Assembly (NCBI GenBank): GCA_004431415.1
Contig: QPMI01000441.1
Span: forward strand, 1-64,000
DNA: 64,000 nt
Reading direction: 5' to 3'
DNA from: Cyanophora paradoxa CCMP329
Lineage: Eukaryota > Plantae > Glaucophyta
Part shown: positions 48,401 to 61,511 of the stretch, one piece after another
Layout: every line of letters begins with the position of its first letter
Numbering within the stretch: position 1 is the first letter of the stretch
Made by a program: the position numbers and the translations under genes
The notes under the pieces: generated by a model
Seen by the model: only the letters and a program-made list of their open reading frames with translations
Databases searched by the model: none
What the model was told of the DNA's origin: nothing

Positions 48401-51400
48401 AAGTCGCTGCTGCTCCGTGTACTGATCCGCATCTTCCCAGCCTGCAACAGAAGAGCAGAAGCTCAAGATGAGCTACAGGAAACGAGTTTCTAGGGAGCGC
48501 ACCCTTCCATCCGGCGGTCGACTCGCCGACGAGTGCGGCGGTGAACCCTCTGCCGACGAAGACGTCGTGGACGTCGAGGAGGTAGTTTGAAGGGCTGCTT
48601 TGTTTTTCAAGGCAGCCACGCTTCCGAGACGCCGCTTGCTCCTTTGTGTACAAAACCAGAATGCCCGTCGTCGAAGGCAGGCATCCAATGGGAGCCCCGT
48701 AGTCGTACTCAACGCCTCGGTACTGGTGGTTCGGATTAGGTGTAGGCGTGGGCGATGGTGACGGCGGAGTCGTTGGTGCCGCTGTAACTGGCTCGGGCCC
48801 GGCTTCGGTCTCGCAGAGGAGGGGCTCGTGCCCAAGCCGCCTAACATGCGCAGCGTCGTCAGCAGCCTAGCATGTGCACATGCTGCCTGACTGGCGCACC
48901 GGACATGAACTATGAGGTCGCCGAAGTCGTCGACGAACACGCGAGTCGCGCCGAGGTAGAAAGCCCAGAAGCTCGTCTTGTTGACGCCAGACAAAAGAGT
49001 GTCCTTGATCGAGTACTCGATTTGCTGGTCTCCGTTCATGATGTGCGCAAGGAGCTTGGCCTGCGCAAGGAGAGGGGAATGCGCCGGGTGATTTTCAGCG
49101 ATCGAAACGTTTTAGGGGCTAGCGATATCGATTGTGCACCTGGTAAACTTCGGTTAGAGGGCTGTCGCCCTCTGTCGGAGCGACAATACCGATAGCTGCC
49201 ATCACAGTGAAGTTGCCGTTCGGAGACGATGCGACAAATGTCTGCAGAGATATGCATATGCGAGGCGTTAGCAGGTGCTGGTTTGGCTGATCCTGACTCA
49301 TGGCTTAGAGCTGTTGAATAGGAATCTTAGCTTGCCTTCTATCATATGGGGGCTGCGCATGCTTCATGCTCGAATGGGCATGCAGGTGCGACCGCGGACC
49401 TGAAAGTCGGAGAAGGTTTCTTGCTCAGCAAAGTCGGATATCGATTGCGATGGCGGCGTGGCTTCGGAGGAGGCGAGTGCTCGGCCTCGAGCTCGGCGGC
49501 GACGCGCAGAAATGGAGGATCCGGTAGCGAGGAACTCGCTGTTCGAAGCCTCGAGGACCTTTCGCAGCGTGCGCTCGGCGTCGGCGAGGACTGCTGGTGA
49601 ACCGAAGGCGCCGTTCATCGCCTCGATCGCGTAGAGCATGGCCTGCTCCGGGCTCGAACTGATCGCGGAGAGCGACGCCGCAATGCTGCGCACACAATTG
49701 CAAGCCGGTGCACAATCGCGTTAACGCGCTGTTCCTTTACATTTAATTTGGCGCACAGCGCTTGAAAAAGCGCAAGCACACCTTGTTCGAACCAGCGCGA
49801 CGGCTAGGGCGGCTTCAGTTGCCGCCTTCGCCTGAACAGCTGCATCCTTGGATTTCAAGGCATCTTCTTTTGCGGCAAGCGCTTCCTCTGCAGATGCCAG
49901 TGCTAACGCTTGGGCCGACAGTGCTTGTCCTTGCGCCACCAAAGCTTCGTCTCTGCTCTGAGTAGCATTGATTCTTGCAGCTTCCGCTAGGAGCTTTTGC
50001 GCCTCAGCAGCCTGCGCATGATCGAATAAATTAAAAAGGCAGCGCCGCTTACTTTTAGATGCTATCCGGACATTACGCACGTTTTTCTGCATTTCTGCCT
50101 CGCGCTGTGCCGAAGTTGCAGCGTCAGAAGCGTTTCTGGCCTTGTCGCGCTCTATTTCCGCTTGAATTGCCGCGTTTTGAGCGAGCTTCTCTTGAGCTTT
50201 AGCATTTGCCTCTTGCGCTCTAGCATTCTGTGTGCACGTGGATCCTGGTCAGCAAACGGGCCGGTCCACCTGGGTATAACATTAAAGCAGTAAGCAAGCT
50301 TGAAACAGACCTGTTCTTGCTTCAAAGCCTCGGCTTCTGATACCAATGCTTTGTCTCTCTGCACGAGTGCGTCTGCTTTTGCTGCGGCAGCGAGCGCCTC
50401 CTGCTGCCTCGCCTCTGTAGCAGACTTCTCCGCTGCAGCCTCAGCCTGTTTGGCTTGCTGCGGCCACGGCCATCGGCGGGCAATTGCAAAAGCAGCGCGG
50501 CCGGGGGTCATCATCGCGTACCGCTTCGGCTTCTCGTGCGTTGGTCGCCTCCTGTTCGGCACGCCGGCTTGATTCCTCTGCCTGAGCCTGTCGCTGGAGA
50601 GAGATAACTGCGGTTTCGCACTCGTTATTTCAGAGGCATCACACGCTGGCCATAGACAGCCGGCCTCGACGAGACACGCACCGAGCATGATGAACGCGAC
50701 GATGGTCAACGCGACCATAACTGCAGCGGCGAGCCGCGGCCCGCATTCAGCGCGTGAACGGTTCTGAACTTCACGCATTGATTATTCCGAGCGTACTCAT
50801 TGCGATGACAGTTGCGATTGCTGCTACCTTCCTCTTCTGGCGCATGGCAGCGTTAATGGAGTGCTTGACGAGCACCTGTCCGTGCAAGCCGAGTGAGCTT
50901 CAGCAGAGCACGCCCATGGCGGTCGCGGCATAAGTCATTCTCACGCACAATGTGCTCTGGAGTAGGCTCGAGCGAACGTTGTGCCGACGTCTTGACGGAT
51001 GCTTGCCGCTTGAGCTGAGTGTTGTCCGGATCCTCCGTCTGCTGAGGCTCTGTGTCCAATTTCTTGTTCTTCTTCGAACCCTTGTCGGATTTGACGATCT
51101 TGACCGAAAGGAAATTCTCGACTAGCGAATCGGAGTGGTGGTCCGGATCCACGATTTTGTACTGTGGTGCAGATCACGCCAAAAGCACTCGTGCTTGACA
51201 GCGGTCGCGCATCTCACGCACGTTTTTGACGCCGAAAATGCTTTGGAACACACTGAAAGGGGTGCGGGCGGCCTTAACGATGTGACCTGTCTCCTCCAGC
51301 CACTTTGCCCGAGTTTAAAAAATTAAATACTCGAGGGGGAAAAAAGAGTCAGAGAAGATACCTTCCGGCCCTCCTGGAGCGCGAATCCATGCAGCAGGAA

Positions 51401-54400
51401 TGCTTCTGCCTTTTTGCGCTTCTCCTTGTGGATCTGTTGTTCATGATCAGGCACGGGTGTGACAGATTGATATTAATATTAAATTTGCGCTGCAGCTGGG
51501 TCTCAGGTGACCTTGTCAATGTGTACCGCCCTCGGGTCCGGCCACCTTACAGAGACGTCGAATCCAAGTGCTGGGGACATCCCCGTCAAACCGGAAGCTC
51601 GCGCCCAGCAGGCGCGATCGCGTTCTTGAACTGACCCTCTTTGTACTTGTCGGCGCGCAGCGAGAGCTGCGTGTGCAGACGCGCCTTTTCCGCGTCGAAC
51701 TGGCGGCGCGCGATCTCATGCGCGAGATTTGTGGGAAACTCCGTTGAGATCTCGTGTGCGCACCCGGATGGCTTCTTCGAGCTCGCGAAGCGACTCCTTG
51801 AACAATGGGTCTTTTTCAGCTGCCTCCGCAATTTCGTCGGGCTTTACGCCAATCAGCTCCGGGAATGTCACTTTTTGCCTGAAGACAGATCATGATCATG
51901 ACCAGCGTTAGCGGCATGAGGACGGAAATCGAAACAAGAAGTGAAAGGGCGGCGCATACCAAGAATTGATTGCGTTGAGGCACATACGCTGCCGCCTGTA
52001 GTGTGCGCGCCACATTCGTGTCAGCACATACTCTAGTCAAAGGTCGCAATTGCAAGTAACGCAAGCGCCGGCGCCATATACATCACCTGTTGAAGCTGCG
52101 TTCCTTCTCGGTGCACGGGCCTCTGAGCGCGAGGTGGTGCTCCTCAACGGGAGTCACCTCGACGACAACAATACGCTTCTGGTTCGCGAGTGCGTAATCG
52201 AACTCTGCGGCCGATTGCGAGCGGTGACGGCTCATGATCAGCTAGCGCTTCTTGCAATTGAAAATTGAAGGGAGCTCGAGGGCCGGGGAGCGAATGCGCA
52301 CCGTCGATACTGCGCACCCAATCCGATTCAAATTCCACGAGAGGTTGGTGACGCGACGTGCATAAATGTAATCAGTGGGTAATAAACGGCTTATACATGG
52401 GCGATGTACAGTCTTCCAATACTGGTTCCGAAGACTATAGGCGCACCAGTATGTTGACTGAATCCAGTCAGGGGTGAGAATGACGAGAATGACAGACGCG
52501 CCCTTGATGCCCGCGGCGATGGCCTTCCCCCTGTGCCGCAGCGTGTGATCATGAGCGATGAACTGCTCAAGCTTAAGAGGGGCGTCTACAGCAGCGCACC
52601 ATTGAACACCCTTGAGGATTCCTGCGCATGTGTCTTACAGCGTCATGCAAAGGTGCAGATACGCAGAGATCTTATCGTATACGTAAGGCCCCGCACCGTT
52701 GTCGCCAGCAATGTCGAGCCAGTATGAGATCTTCCTGTCCTCCAGAATCTTGCAGAGCGTTTTCATCTCTAGGCGTGCTTGCGCGGTCAGAAGAGTCGAG
52801 CGCTGATAAGCGAATGCAGGTCGCACCGTCCGTGTTCTTCCTGCTCATCGATCAGGCCACCCCGATTAGAACGGAATCATTCAGCGGGGCGCCGGCCATA
52901 TGCATATGTATTGCAAGCGAATTCGAAGGCTTCAAAACCAATAGCTTATTGGTTGGCGGACCTTCGATACGAAATCATTACCTGCACGCAAGCGAAAAGC
53001 GTATAAGTTCACGTCCCGATATATATGAGGAGAAACGAAGACAACGTTGACACACGTCCAGAGCCTTGATGGGAGTTTTCGCGTCTGGCTCAACAACTGC
53101 CCCATGCGCAGTGCAGAAAGGTGTTCAAGTGATTGCGAGAGATACGGATACATATATACATATATATGTATCCAGGGAAGTGCCACGGTGCGCGAAGGAG
53201 CGTTTAACGTCTATGGCTAACGCACCGGAACTGCCTTCGGGGCGAATGATGGTTGACAGCTCGGAGACGCCGGTCACCAGCCCGTCCCCTGCTGTGAGTC
53301 AGGACCAAAGCCGATCAAGGCCTAGGAAGAGCCGGCGCAGCGTACCCTGGAAGCTCGAGACGTGTATCTCACTGTGAGAGGCGAGGAGCCGAAGGGCCTC
53401 GTCTACCTGCGCGGCGTCCGCTCCCGCGGCCTTGGCCTCTCGGGCCAAAGCCGCAGCGGGCTTGGCGTTCGTGCTGATGCAGGCGATGCGCCGCTCGAGC
53501 CAGTGCGCGTGGGCCAGCTCCGTTGCGCACATCCTGCGCAGCCGGGGGCGGGGGCGCCGCGCGCGTCACCGAGTTGGCCGCAACCGAACTCGAAACGTGG
53601 CGATCAAGCCCTCAAAAACGAGCAAACGGGCTCACTTTGACTTGAACCACTCTGCGGAAGGAGACGAGAATCAATTTAATTTTTACTCCAAGCAAACGAC
53701 AAAGCTAAAGAATATGCGGTGCCGCGTGCACTCGCGTATATATACATACCGACAGAGGCGAGGACGACAAAACACTCAGAGCCCTCGATCCCGGCCGACA
53801 GGCGGCGGCGATGCATGATGTTCTGGAAAGTGGCCTCCCCTTGAAGCTCGTAGAGGCACTGTGAACGACTTGCTAAGCGTGCGTGCATCGAGCCTGCTCC
53901 GATTGTAGTGGCGCACCTTGAGCCCCTGCTGCTCAATGGCGCTGACCAGGGTCTTCGCATTGAGGTTGTCTGCCCCCCGAGCAAAGCTGACATACCTGCG
54001 CGCGCGAAAATAAAAAATTCAATTACTAATCGCGGAGATGGAATGTTCGAGTTCGCATTGCAATATTAATTGAGCACGAGCGCACGCGTCATAGTACAGG
54101 ACGGAGCCTTGGGAAGGCTCCGGGAGCGGGGCGCTGCTGTAATCGCGCACGTCGTCGGAGACGAATATCGTTCCGGGTTCTGCGCATGTGGGCGGAAGTG
54201 GCCATGGGTCAGGATTGGATAGGTCCAGGGCCGGGACGACTGCCAAGGGCCCTCGAAGACTTGCAATTGTGCGCGCATGCGCGCACCTCCGGCCTCGACA
54301 CCGCCGGGGACGAGAGTGATGTTGCGTGGGTGTGCGCCCGCAGCAGGGTTCGCGGTTGCGAGCTGAGACTGGCCCCCGTCGCGGTCGGGCATGACAACGT

Positions 54401-54733
54401 CAACGTGCACCTGCGCATGCGGAAGTGACGCAGATAGTTCAGTATCGCAGTGATAAGTAAGAATTTCGAAGGCGTTTTTTGGCGGCGCCGCGTTGACTGG
54501 TTGACTGGTGCGCGTGCGGCAAGAGACAATGAACGCACCTGGACGTCGTTCTGGTCGACCCGTATGGCATCTTTTGGCCATGGGGCCTTCGCTGGGATGA
54601 GGGCGGGCGCGCTTGGTGCTGGCAATGGCGGGCCGGCCGCGTTCGCCGAGAGAGAGACTATGCGCGAGTCTCTCGCCGGGGACGCAGCTCTCGCGCGTGT
54701 GAATTTCTGGTACTCGCTGCGCGGGGAGGCCAT
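33445..54733 (-). CDS. Giant multi-exon receptor-like gene: TIR-TIR, helical linker, TM, coiled coil, putative beta-propeller, FN3, multiple CUB, Kelch repeats
   Basis: TIR1 YDA/YVSFARG..GIEGSECFVVLAS..CATELAHA; TIR2 VMISYR..ISYWLD..GIKGASVILVILTPDWIQSTY; TM at ~50680-50820; FN3 NLSPFTAYECRA; CUB motifs IYDG..RFTSD..GF; Kelch SGGRD..NDIW. A single transcript is inferred, not proven. Confidence 0.65.
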
Positions 54734-55410
54734 CTGGTCTGGGCCTGTAGCAGTGTTCTGCAAAATGCAGCTGTCTCCGCGCCGCTGACAGCGCTAGCCA
54801 CCGCCTTGCGCGCAGTTGTTCAGACTTGCGACTCAGAAGTTGCGAGCAGTTGCAGGTCGACAGCCCACTATAGCTAGTACTGCCCCGACTCGGGGGAGGC
54901 TTCTCGCACGCGTACGGCTGCTGCTAGGCTGGTCCAAACGTTGAGCGCGCAATGCGACGCGCCTGAGGATCGGAATAGCAAGCCTTGATCCGACTCTGAT
55001 CATCCGAGTGATCGAAGCCTCAAGGCTTCAGCTGCAGCCTTCAGGCCGGCCTAGGGATTCCGCAAGCTTGCCGTGCGGTCCGTGGGAGGCTGCGACGCAG
55101 CTGTGTATATATATATATATATACATGTAGCTATAGAGGCTCCATGCAGTGGGATTCTGGGAATCCGATGATCCTGCGGGGCCCCGGGAAAAAAAGATCC
55201 GGATGAGGAAGAAAAAGATCTAGGCACGCGTGGCTGCAGACTCTGAGATCTTCTACCCAATGGGCGTGGCTCTTCGCGATCGAATGCATATGAATTAGAG
55301 AAAAAAGAACGTTGCAGCTAATGCCAGCTATCCAATCCACGAGCGTCCATCCTGTCGTCGACGACGTCGACCTGAGAATCAGTGAATGCACGAATCAAGC
55401 TTGCGCCGTA

Positions 55411-55684
55411 CTGTAAACGTAGAAACTTTCGTCGAGCCGGCGCGGCGGAGACTTGATTTCGACAAAACACGAAAATCGTGACGAAAATATGGTTCGATCG
55501 CGACAGCATCAAATTTTCGTCAGCCCCACGACTGCGCCATTGTCTGGCCCATAGACGGGTCAGCCGTTAGTACCCCTCTCGATACAAAAATTCAGTTCAA
55601 TGGTTCAACAGTATCAAATATTAATATTCGTCAAAGTGCAGGTCTGACGAATAAAGACGCTGTCGAAGACTCCTACGTTTGCTG
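55411..55684. mobile_element. Tc1/mariner/pogo-type MITE, copy 2
   Basis: Homologous to 27571-27809, with TA flanks and a slightly decayed right TIR. Confidence 0.82.
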
Positions 55685-56276
55685 TAAGCCTGTAACGGTC
55701 GCGACTCGCGAAGCTCGCCGGCAGCGCTAGCGCTAGCTCAGGCTGTAGTGCGTATATTACCGCGTTTAAACAAACTTTTGACGCGGTAATTTGGTACGTA
55801 TACCGCGGTAATATTAATTAAGTGGGCGCGGTATTTATATAATTATGTGTTCTACGGTATGTATACCGGTATATACGTAGCCCGCCGGGCCGGGCCGCCC
55901 GGGCGGCGCGCCGGCGGCGGCCCGGGCCCGGCGGCGCCGGCCGCGGCGCCCGCCGCGGCGGCGGCGCCGGCGGCCGGCCGCGGAGAATCGGATCCGGAGC
56001 CTCGGAGTAAACTAGCTATAGTACTGGCTGTAAATTTCGCGATCCGAATTATCCGCGGCCGATCGCCGCGGCCGGCGATCGGATGCGTCACGAGAAAAAA
56101 GAATCTTGCGGCGATCCAATCCACGAGCGTACATCATGTCGTCGACGACGTCGACGTCTACCCGTGTTCCGTGCACGTGGAAACACTGACCGTGTTCGAT
56201 TCATGATCATGCGCATATGCAAGCGGACCGCAAGCGCCGGCTGGCAAAATCCTGCCAGGCAGCAACATCCTGTGAC

Positions 56277-56768
56277 TAGGGTTGCCACTTACGACTTACG
56301 GGACTTACGTGTAAGTCCGTAAGTGTAAGTCCGACTTACGACTTACGTGCCCCGACTCCCGAGATGGGACTTACGGCCGTAAGTCGTAAGTCCCCCTGGG
56401 GATACCCCCTGCGAGCGGCAAAAAGAGCGTAGATTCAAGTTAAAATCGATCTAAATCGAGTAGATTTGCACATCTTACCGATTCAGACGTGCTTTTAGGC
56501 CTCTGAACGGGGTGAGAAGACCCCGGAATGGGCCTCCGGTGGTCATGGTGTCTACCTGGGATGGCACTTTTACTGCTTAAACAAGCCCCCCTCACTCCCA
56601 AACACACAGAAAAAGACTGAAGACAATCTAACTCGCAGATTGAGAAGTGTTTTCTGTGGTTTCTGGCCGACTTACGGCGGACTTACGGCGGACTTACGAC
56701 TTACACTTACACTTACACTTACACTTACGGCGGGTTTTGGGGGACTTACGCCATAAGTGGCAACCCTA
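56277..56768. mobile_element. hAT-type MITE, family A, copy 2
   Basis: TIR TAGGGTTGCCAC...GTGGCAACCCTA, 8-bp TSD CCTGTGAC; highly similar to 15769-16273. Confidence 0.93.
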
Positions 56769-57073
56769 CCTGTGACTCCTGTCACGTCATCTTCTCCCGT
56801 ACGTATTTTAGTACCCGCGGCGCCGGCCACGGGAAGAGACCCTGCAGCTGCAGCTGGCCTGGCCTGACCCTGCAGCAACCGACGAGGGAGGCACACGAGG
56901 GAGACATATGATGCATCGAGAATGTCACGCTTACGTTGCAAGTGGCCCCCGGAATTCGAAAGCCGTCGCCCCCAGAAACTCGAAATTAAACTCGAAACTC
57001 AGGCTTCGAATTCGATCAAAAAGAGGGGCGGGCCGCTCGGGGGCGCGTGGGGCGCGCAGGGCGCTGGCTGCGG

Positions 57074-59516
57074 CTACAGGCGGACGGTGGAGGAGGCGGA
57101 GGGGGCGGACTCGAGGCGGGGCGAGTCGCTGCGGGGCGAGCCGGCGTCGAGGTGCGCGCCCCGAGGGATCCCCCGCGCCGACCCCGCGCCGGCGGCGGCG
57201 CCGGGGCCCCGGAAGGAGCTCGCGCCGTTGGGCGCGTCAGCGCCCGTGGAGCGCGGGGAGGAGGGGGAGAGGTCCCCGCGGAGCGCAGCGCGGCCCGCCC
57301 CGCGTCGCTCTGCAGCAGCTGCACGATCGCCGCGTTCCCTTTGAGGCTCGCCAGCTGCCGCCCCGCCCCGCCCCGGCTCAGGCCGGGCCCGGGCGATGGG
57401 CGGGGTGGCGGGGCGGGCCTGGACGGGGGTGCGCTTGCGCTTGTCGGGGGCGAATCGGTCGGCTCCGGCGGAGAGCAGCGCGCGCACCGTCGCCTCGTCC
57501 CCCCGCTCGATCGCTAGGTGCAGCGCCGACTGCGCCGCCGGCCGTCAGCGGCGGCGGCGGCGCGCGCCGAGCGGGGGGCGGAATTTGCATGCGCGCCTGC
57601 TCGAGCTGGTTCTTGGCGTTGACGTCGATGCGGGGGCCGTACTGCACCAGCACCTGCACCGTCGTCGAGTGCCCGTTCTGCCCCCCGGCCCCGCCGCCGC
57701 CGCCCCCGTCAGGCCCTCTCCCGCCCCCTCCCGTCAGGCGGGGCGCACGGCGGCGGCGAGGTGGAGGGCGGTGGAGCCGTCGGTGGTGCGGAGGTCCTTG
57801 GCGCAGCTGGCGGCGATCAGCGTGCTGCAGACGTCCGCGTAGCCGCCGACGGCCGCCAGGTGCAGGCTCGACGCCCCCGCCCGCGTCTGCTTGTTCTTGT
57901 CCGCCCCGTACTGGATCTGTCACGCCGCGGCGGCCGTCACGGGAGCGCGCGGTAAGGCGACCCGAACGCGAGCCGGCCGGCCGGGCGCACGAGGAGCTTG
58001 ACGACGGGGTTCTGGCCCTTGGCGGAGGCGGCGATGAGCGCCGTGGAGCCGTCCACGGCGCGCGCCTCCTTCTCGGCCCGCTGGTCGAGGAGGTAGCGGA
58101 CGACGGCCTCGTGGCCCTTGGCGCTCGCGATGTACAGCGGCGTCGCGTTCTCGTCGTTCCGCGCGTTCTTGTTCGCGTTCGCCTCGGCCAGCACCTGCAC
58201 CACCGCCAGGTGGCCCTGCGCCCCCGCCCCGCCCCGCCCGTCAGCGCCCGCGCGGCCGCCGGCCGCCCCGCCGCCCCGCCGCCCGGCGCGCCTCCTGGCT
58301 GGCGGTGTGGAGGGGGGAGAAGCCGAGGGGCCCCCGCGCGTTCCGGTCGGCCACGCCGACGAGGTACCTGCACCCCCGTCAGGTGACCCGAGGGGCGACC
58401 GTTTCCCCCGCTGCCCCCGCACCGGACGACGTGCTCGTGGCCCTGGACGGCGGCGAAGTGGAGCGGGGTCGCCTTGCGCGCCGTCGTCGCGTTCGGGTCG
58501 GCCCCCGACGCCACCAGCAGCCGCACCACCTCCTCCGCCCCCGCCTTGCACGCTGCCGCCCCCGACGCCTCAGGCGCGCGGCGGGGCGGGGCGCGGGGGG
58601 CGGGGGGCGCGGGGCGGGGCGGACCGAGGTGGAGCGGGGTCTGCTCCAGCTGGTTCTTCACGTTGGGGTTCTCGCCCCTGCGCCCGCCGCCCCGCGCTCC
58701 GTCAGGCGGGCCCGGCGGCGACAAAGCGGGCGGGCTGGCGGGCGCGCATGGAGAGTAGGACGCGGGCGACGTCGACGAGGCCCTTGCGCGCCGCGAGGTG
58801 CAGCAGCGAGTTCTGCTCCTTGTCCACGAACCCCTTCACCGTGTGCCGCAGCCGGCTGCCCCCGCCCCGCAGCGCGGGCCCCGTCAGCCCGCGGCGGGCG
58901 GGCGGGCCGGCCGGCGGGCGGGGGAACGGGCGACGGCGCACATCTCTTCTATCGCCGCCCGCTCGTTCCCTGCGTCGACGAGAGCCTCGGCCGTCCCCGG
59001 GAGGAAGGTGGACGACGCCGGCGCGGGGTCGGCGGGGACCGGGGCGGGGCCCGGGTGGGGCTCGCTGGGGCCGGGCGCCCTTAGGGGCGAGAAGTCTGTC
59101 TGAGAGCCCGAGTCCGATCCCCGCGGGCCCCGCACGCCAGGGCTCGTGTTCAGCCCGACGCTCGTGCGGCTCGAGTCGCCCGCAAAGCCGTCCTGCCGCG
59201 CGGCGCTCAGAAGGAACCGAAAGGAAACGGGGCGATCCGCGCCAGAAGGTACGATGTAGCGCTCGCAGAACGACTAAACGCGCTGGCGGAAAAGAGGGGA
59301 AGGAGCACCTCGTTGGTGGGGGTCTGCTTCTTTGGAGGCGGCGAAGGGAACTGCCGCGCAGAGGTGTCCTCCCGCGGGCTGCGCGTGCGCGCGTGAGGCG
59401 GCGATGCGCCGGGACCGAGCCGAGCCCGGCGCTCACTTCTGGGCCGCGCCGAAGCAGCTGGAGAGCCCGCCCAGGCAGCTGAAGACGCTGGGCCTACACG
59501 TCGACGATGATGCCAT
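57074..59516 (-). CDS. Ankyrin-repeat protein (multi-exon)
   Basis: NSLLHLAARKGLVDVARVLL, QTPLHL, ATPLHFAAVQGH, ATPLYIASAKGHEAVVRYLL, STALIAASAKG; start position inferred. Confidence 0.85.
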
Positions 59517-59838
59517 CTCAAGCTCCGCGCACGTCGCACAACACGGCAGTGGCATACAACTGCACACGGGAGAGCAGGGCGGGTCAGTGAGTGCGGGGCG
59601 CGGCACAAGGGCGGAGGTCCAGCGTACCGCCCGCAACCAGCAGCGGACGCAGACCGATCCACTTGCGAGGTATTTGCGTCGATATCTGCACAGACTGCGC
59701 TCGGAGCTAGCCTGAGAACGCAACCGCGTGCGAGGAGGGGCGCGAGGGCTGGCACGAACTTCGAACGCCTCGCCGTTCGGAGGGCGTTACTGCGCGACCC
59801 GATTCCAGCGGTCACCACCGGCCAGCACCGCCGAAGAG

Positions 59839-61476
59839 ATGCTGCGCCAGCTGCCGCTATGCCAAGCTACCCGGGCGGCGCGGCCGGTGGGCTCGCTGCG
59901 ACGTCTCGAAGCGCTCTCCAGCAGATCGCAGCCCTGACCAGCGAGGCTAGAGTTTGGGCGCAGCTGCAGTTTGGCGCGCGACCTGCCTGCACGTATCCCC
60001 CATGGACGCTTCCCCCCCACCTAACAATCGTGGGTCGGTGGCAACTTTGGCCCGCGGCCGCGGCGCCCGGCAGTCTCGTCGACGTCAGGCTGGTCGCCTC
60101 CTTGAAGACTCCTAGGCCTTCCCGGCGAAGTTCCCGCCGAGCGCTGAGCTTGAACCCGCGCGCGAGCTCCCCAGCTGCAGCCAGTAGCTATAGCCGCGGA
60201 GGCATGCAACCGCTAGCAGGAACCGCCAGCACCGGCGCCGGCGCTGCTCTCGAATCCCTTTCGATCAGCGACCACGCATGCGCAGATGCGACGAGTGAAG
60301 CTGCGGCGAAGCTCGATCGCTTCGTGCTTTGGATGCGGGAGAACGGCGTCGACTGCAGGCAGTTCGGCGTGGAACCGCACCTGTATCCGGGCATGGGCGT
60401 CGGGCTGCGCGCCACGCGCCCGTTTGCGGTGTGTGCGCCGCGCCGCCGCGCCCCGCACGCGCAGCCCGGGGCGACATTGGAGCCTCAAATCCGCGTTCGC
60501 AGAAGGACGACCTGCTGGTCACCGTTCCACTCAAGTTTCTCCTGCTAGGGCGCTCCTTCATTCAGATGTCTGCTCGCGCGCGCATGCCTGGCCTACTAGG
60601 CTAGGCCTTGCGCGAGGGCCCCGGGCCGCTCTGCTCACGAGGGCCCGCAGCCCGCAGTTGCCAACGAAGACGACCTTCATGGAAGCCACGGCCGGAGCCG
60701 CGCTGCGATTGCTGCAGGAGGATGCTAACCCTCAGTCCTTCTGGCGGCCGTACCTGGGTGCGTATTGCGCGGGCGGGGCGCGGGCCAGCGAGTAGGGCGA
60801 GATTTAGATGCCCGCCCGCAGATCTGCTGCCGCGATCTTTCACAACCCTGGACTTCTTTGGCGACCAAGACATCGAGCTGCTCGCCTGCCCGCTCCGGAA
60901 AGGTGCCGCGCTCTGCGATAGGTGCCAGTCCCTCGCACTGAGTCGGCCTCCGGCGACCCGCAGCCGCCGCCCGCAAAAGCCGCGACGCGAGCTTGCGGAC
61001 CGCGGCGGAAATGTACGAGCGCGCGAGGCCCGAGCTCGAGGTGCGAACGCGTAACCCCCGCGGGTCCTCGCTGCACCTGGCACCCCGCGGCTGAACCACG
61101 GTCGGCCCTGCGCAGGCCCTCCCCCCCTCGCACCGCACCCTCGGCGCGTTCCAGTGGGCCATGCGCGTACCCCCCCTCCCGCCCCCACGGCTCTGACAGT
61201 ACCCCCGAAACGCAGGCAAGCGGCGATGACGAGGGAGTTCGGAGTGGACCCCGCCGAGGGCTTCAACCCCGTCCAGCTGGCCCTCGTCCCCTTGGCTGAC
61301 ATGGCCAACCATGCGCCCCGCAACTCACACAAGCGCGCCCGCGCCGCCCCGCTCGCGATCGAGCCCGCGACCTGACCCCGCCACCCCCAGGTACGCTTTC
61401 GACCACGAGAAGGAGCACTTCTTCATCCGCGCGGGCTGCGAGGTCGCTGCGGGGGACCAGATCTTCATCGAGTGCG

Positions 61477-61511
<35 letters not shown>

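Noticed and set aside
51880-51960. Second transmembrane helix (VCAALSLLVSISVLMPLTLVMIMICL)
   Set aside because: The stretch starts GTATGC, has a GCTAAC branch site and ends CAG on the minus strand, so it is most likely an intron.
56908-59482. Long plus-strand Arg/Gly/Pro-rich ORFs (492 and 454 aa)
   Set aside because: Antisense shadows of the ankyrin gene caused by stop-codon scarcity at high GC.
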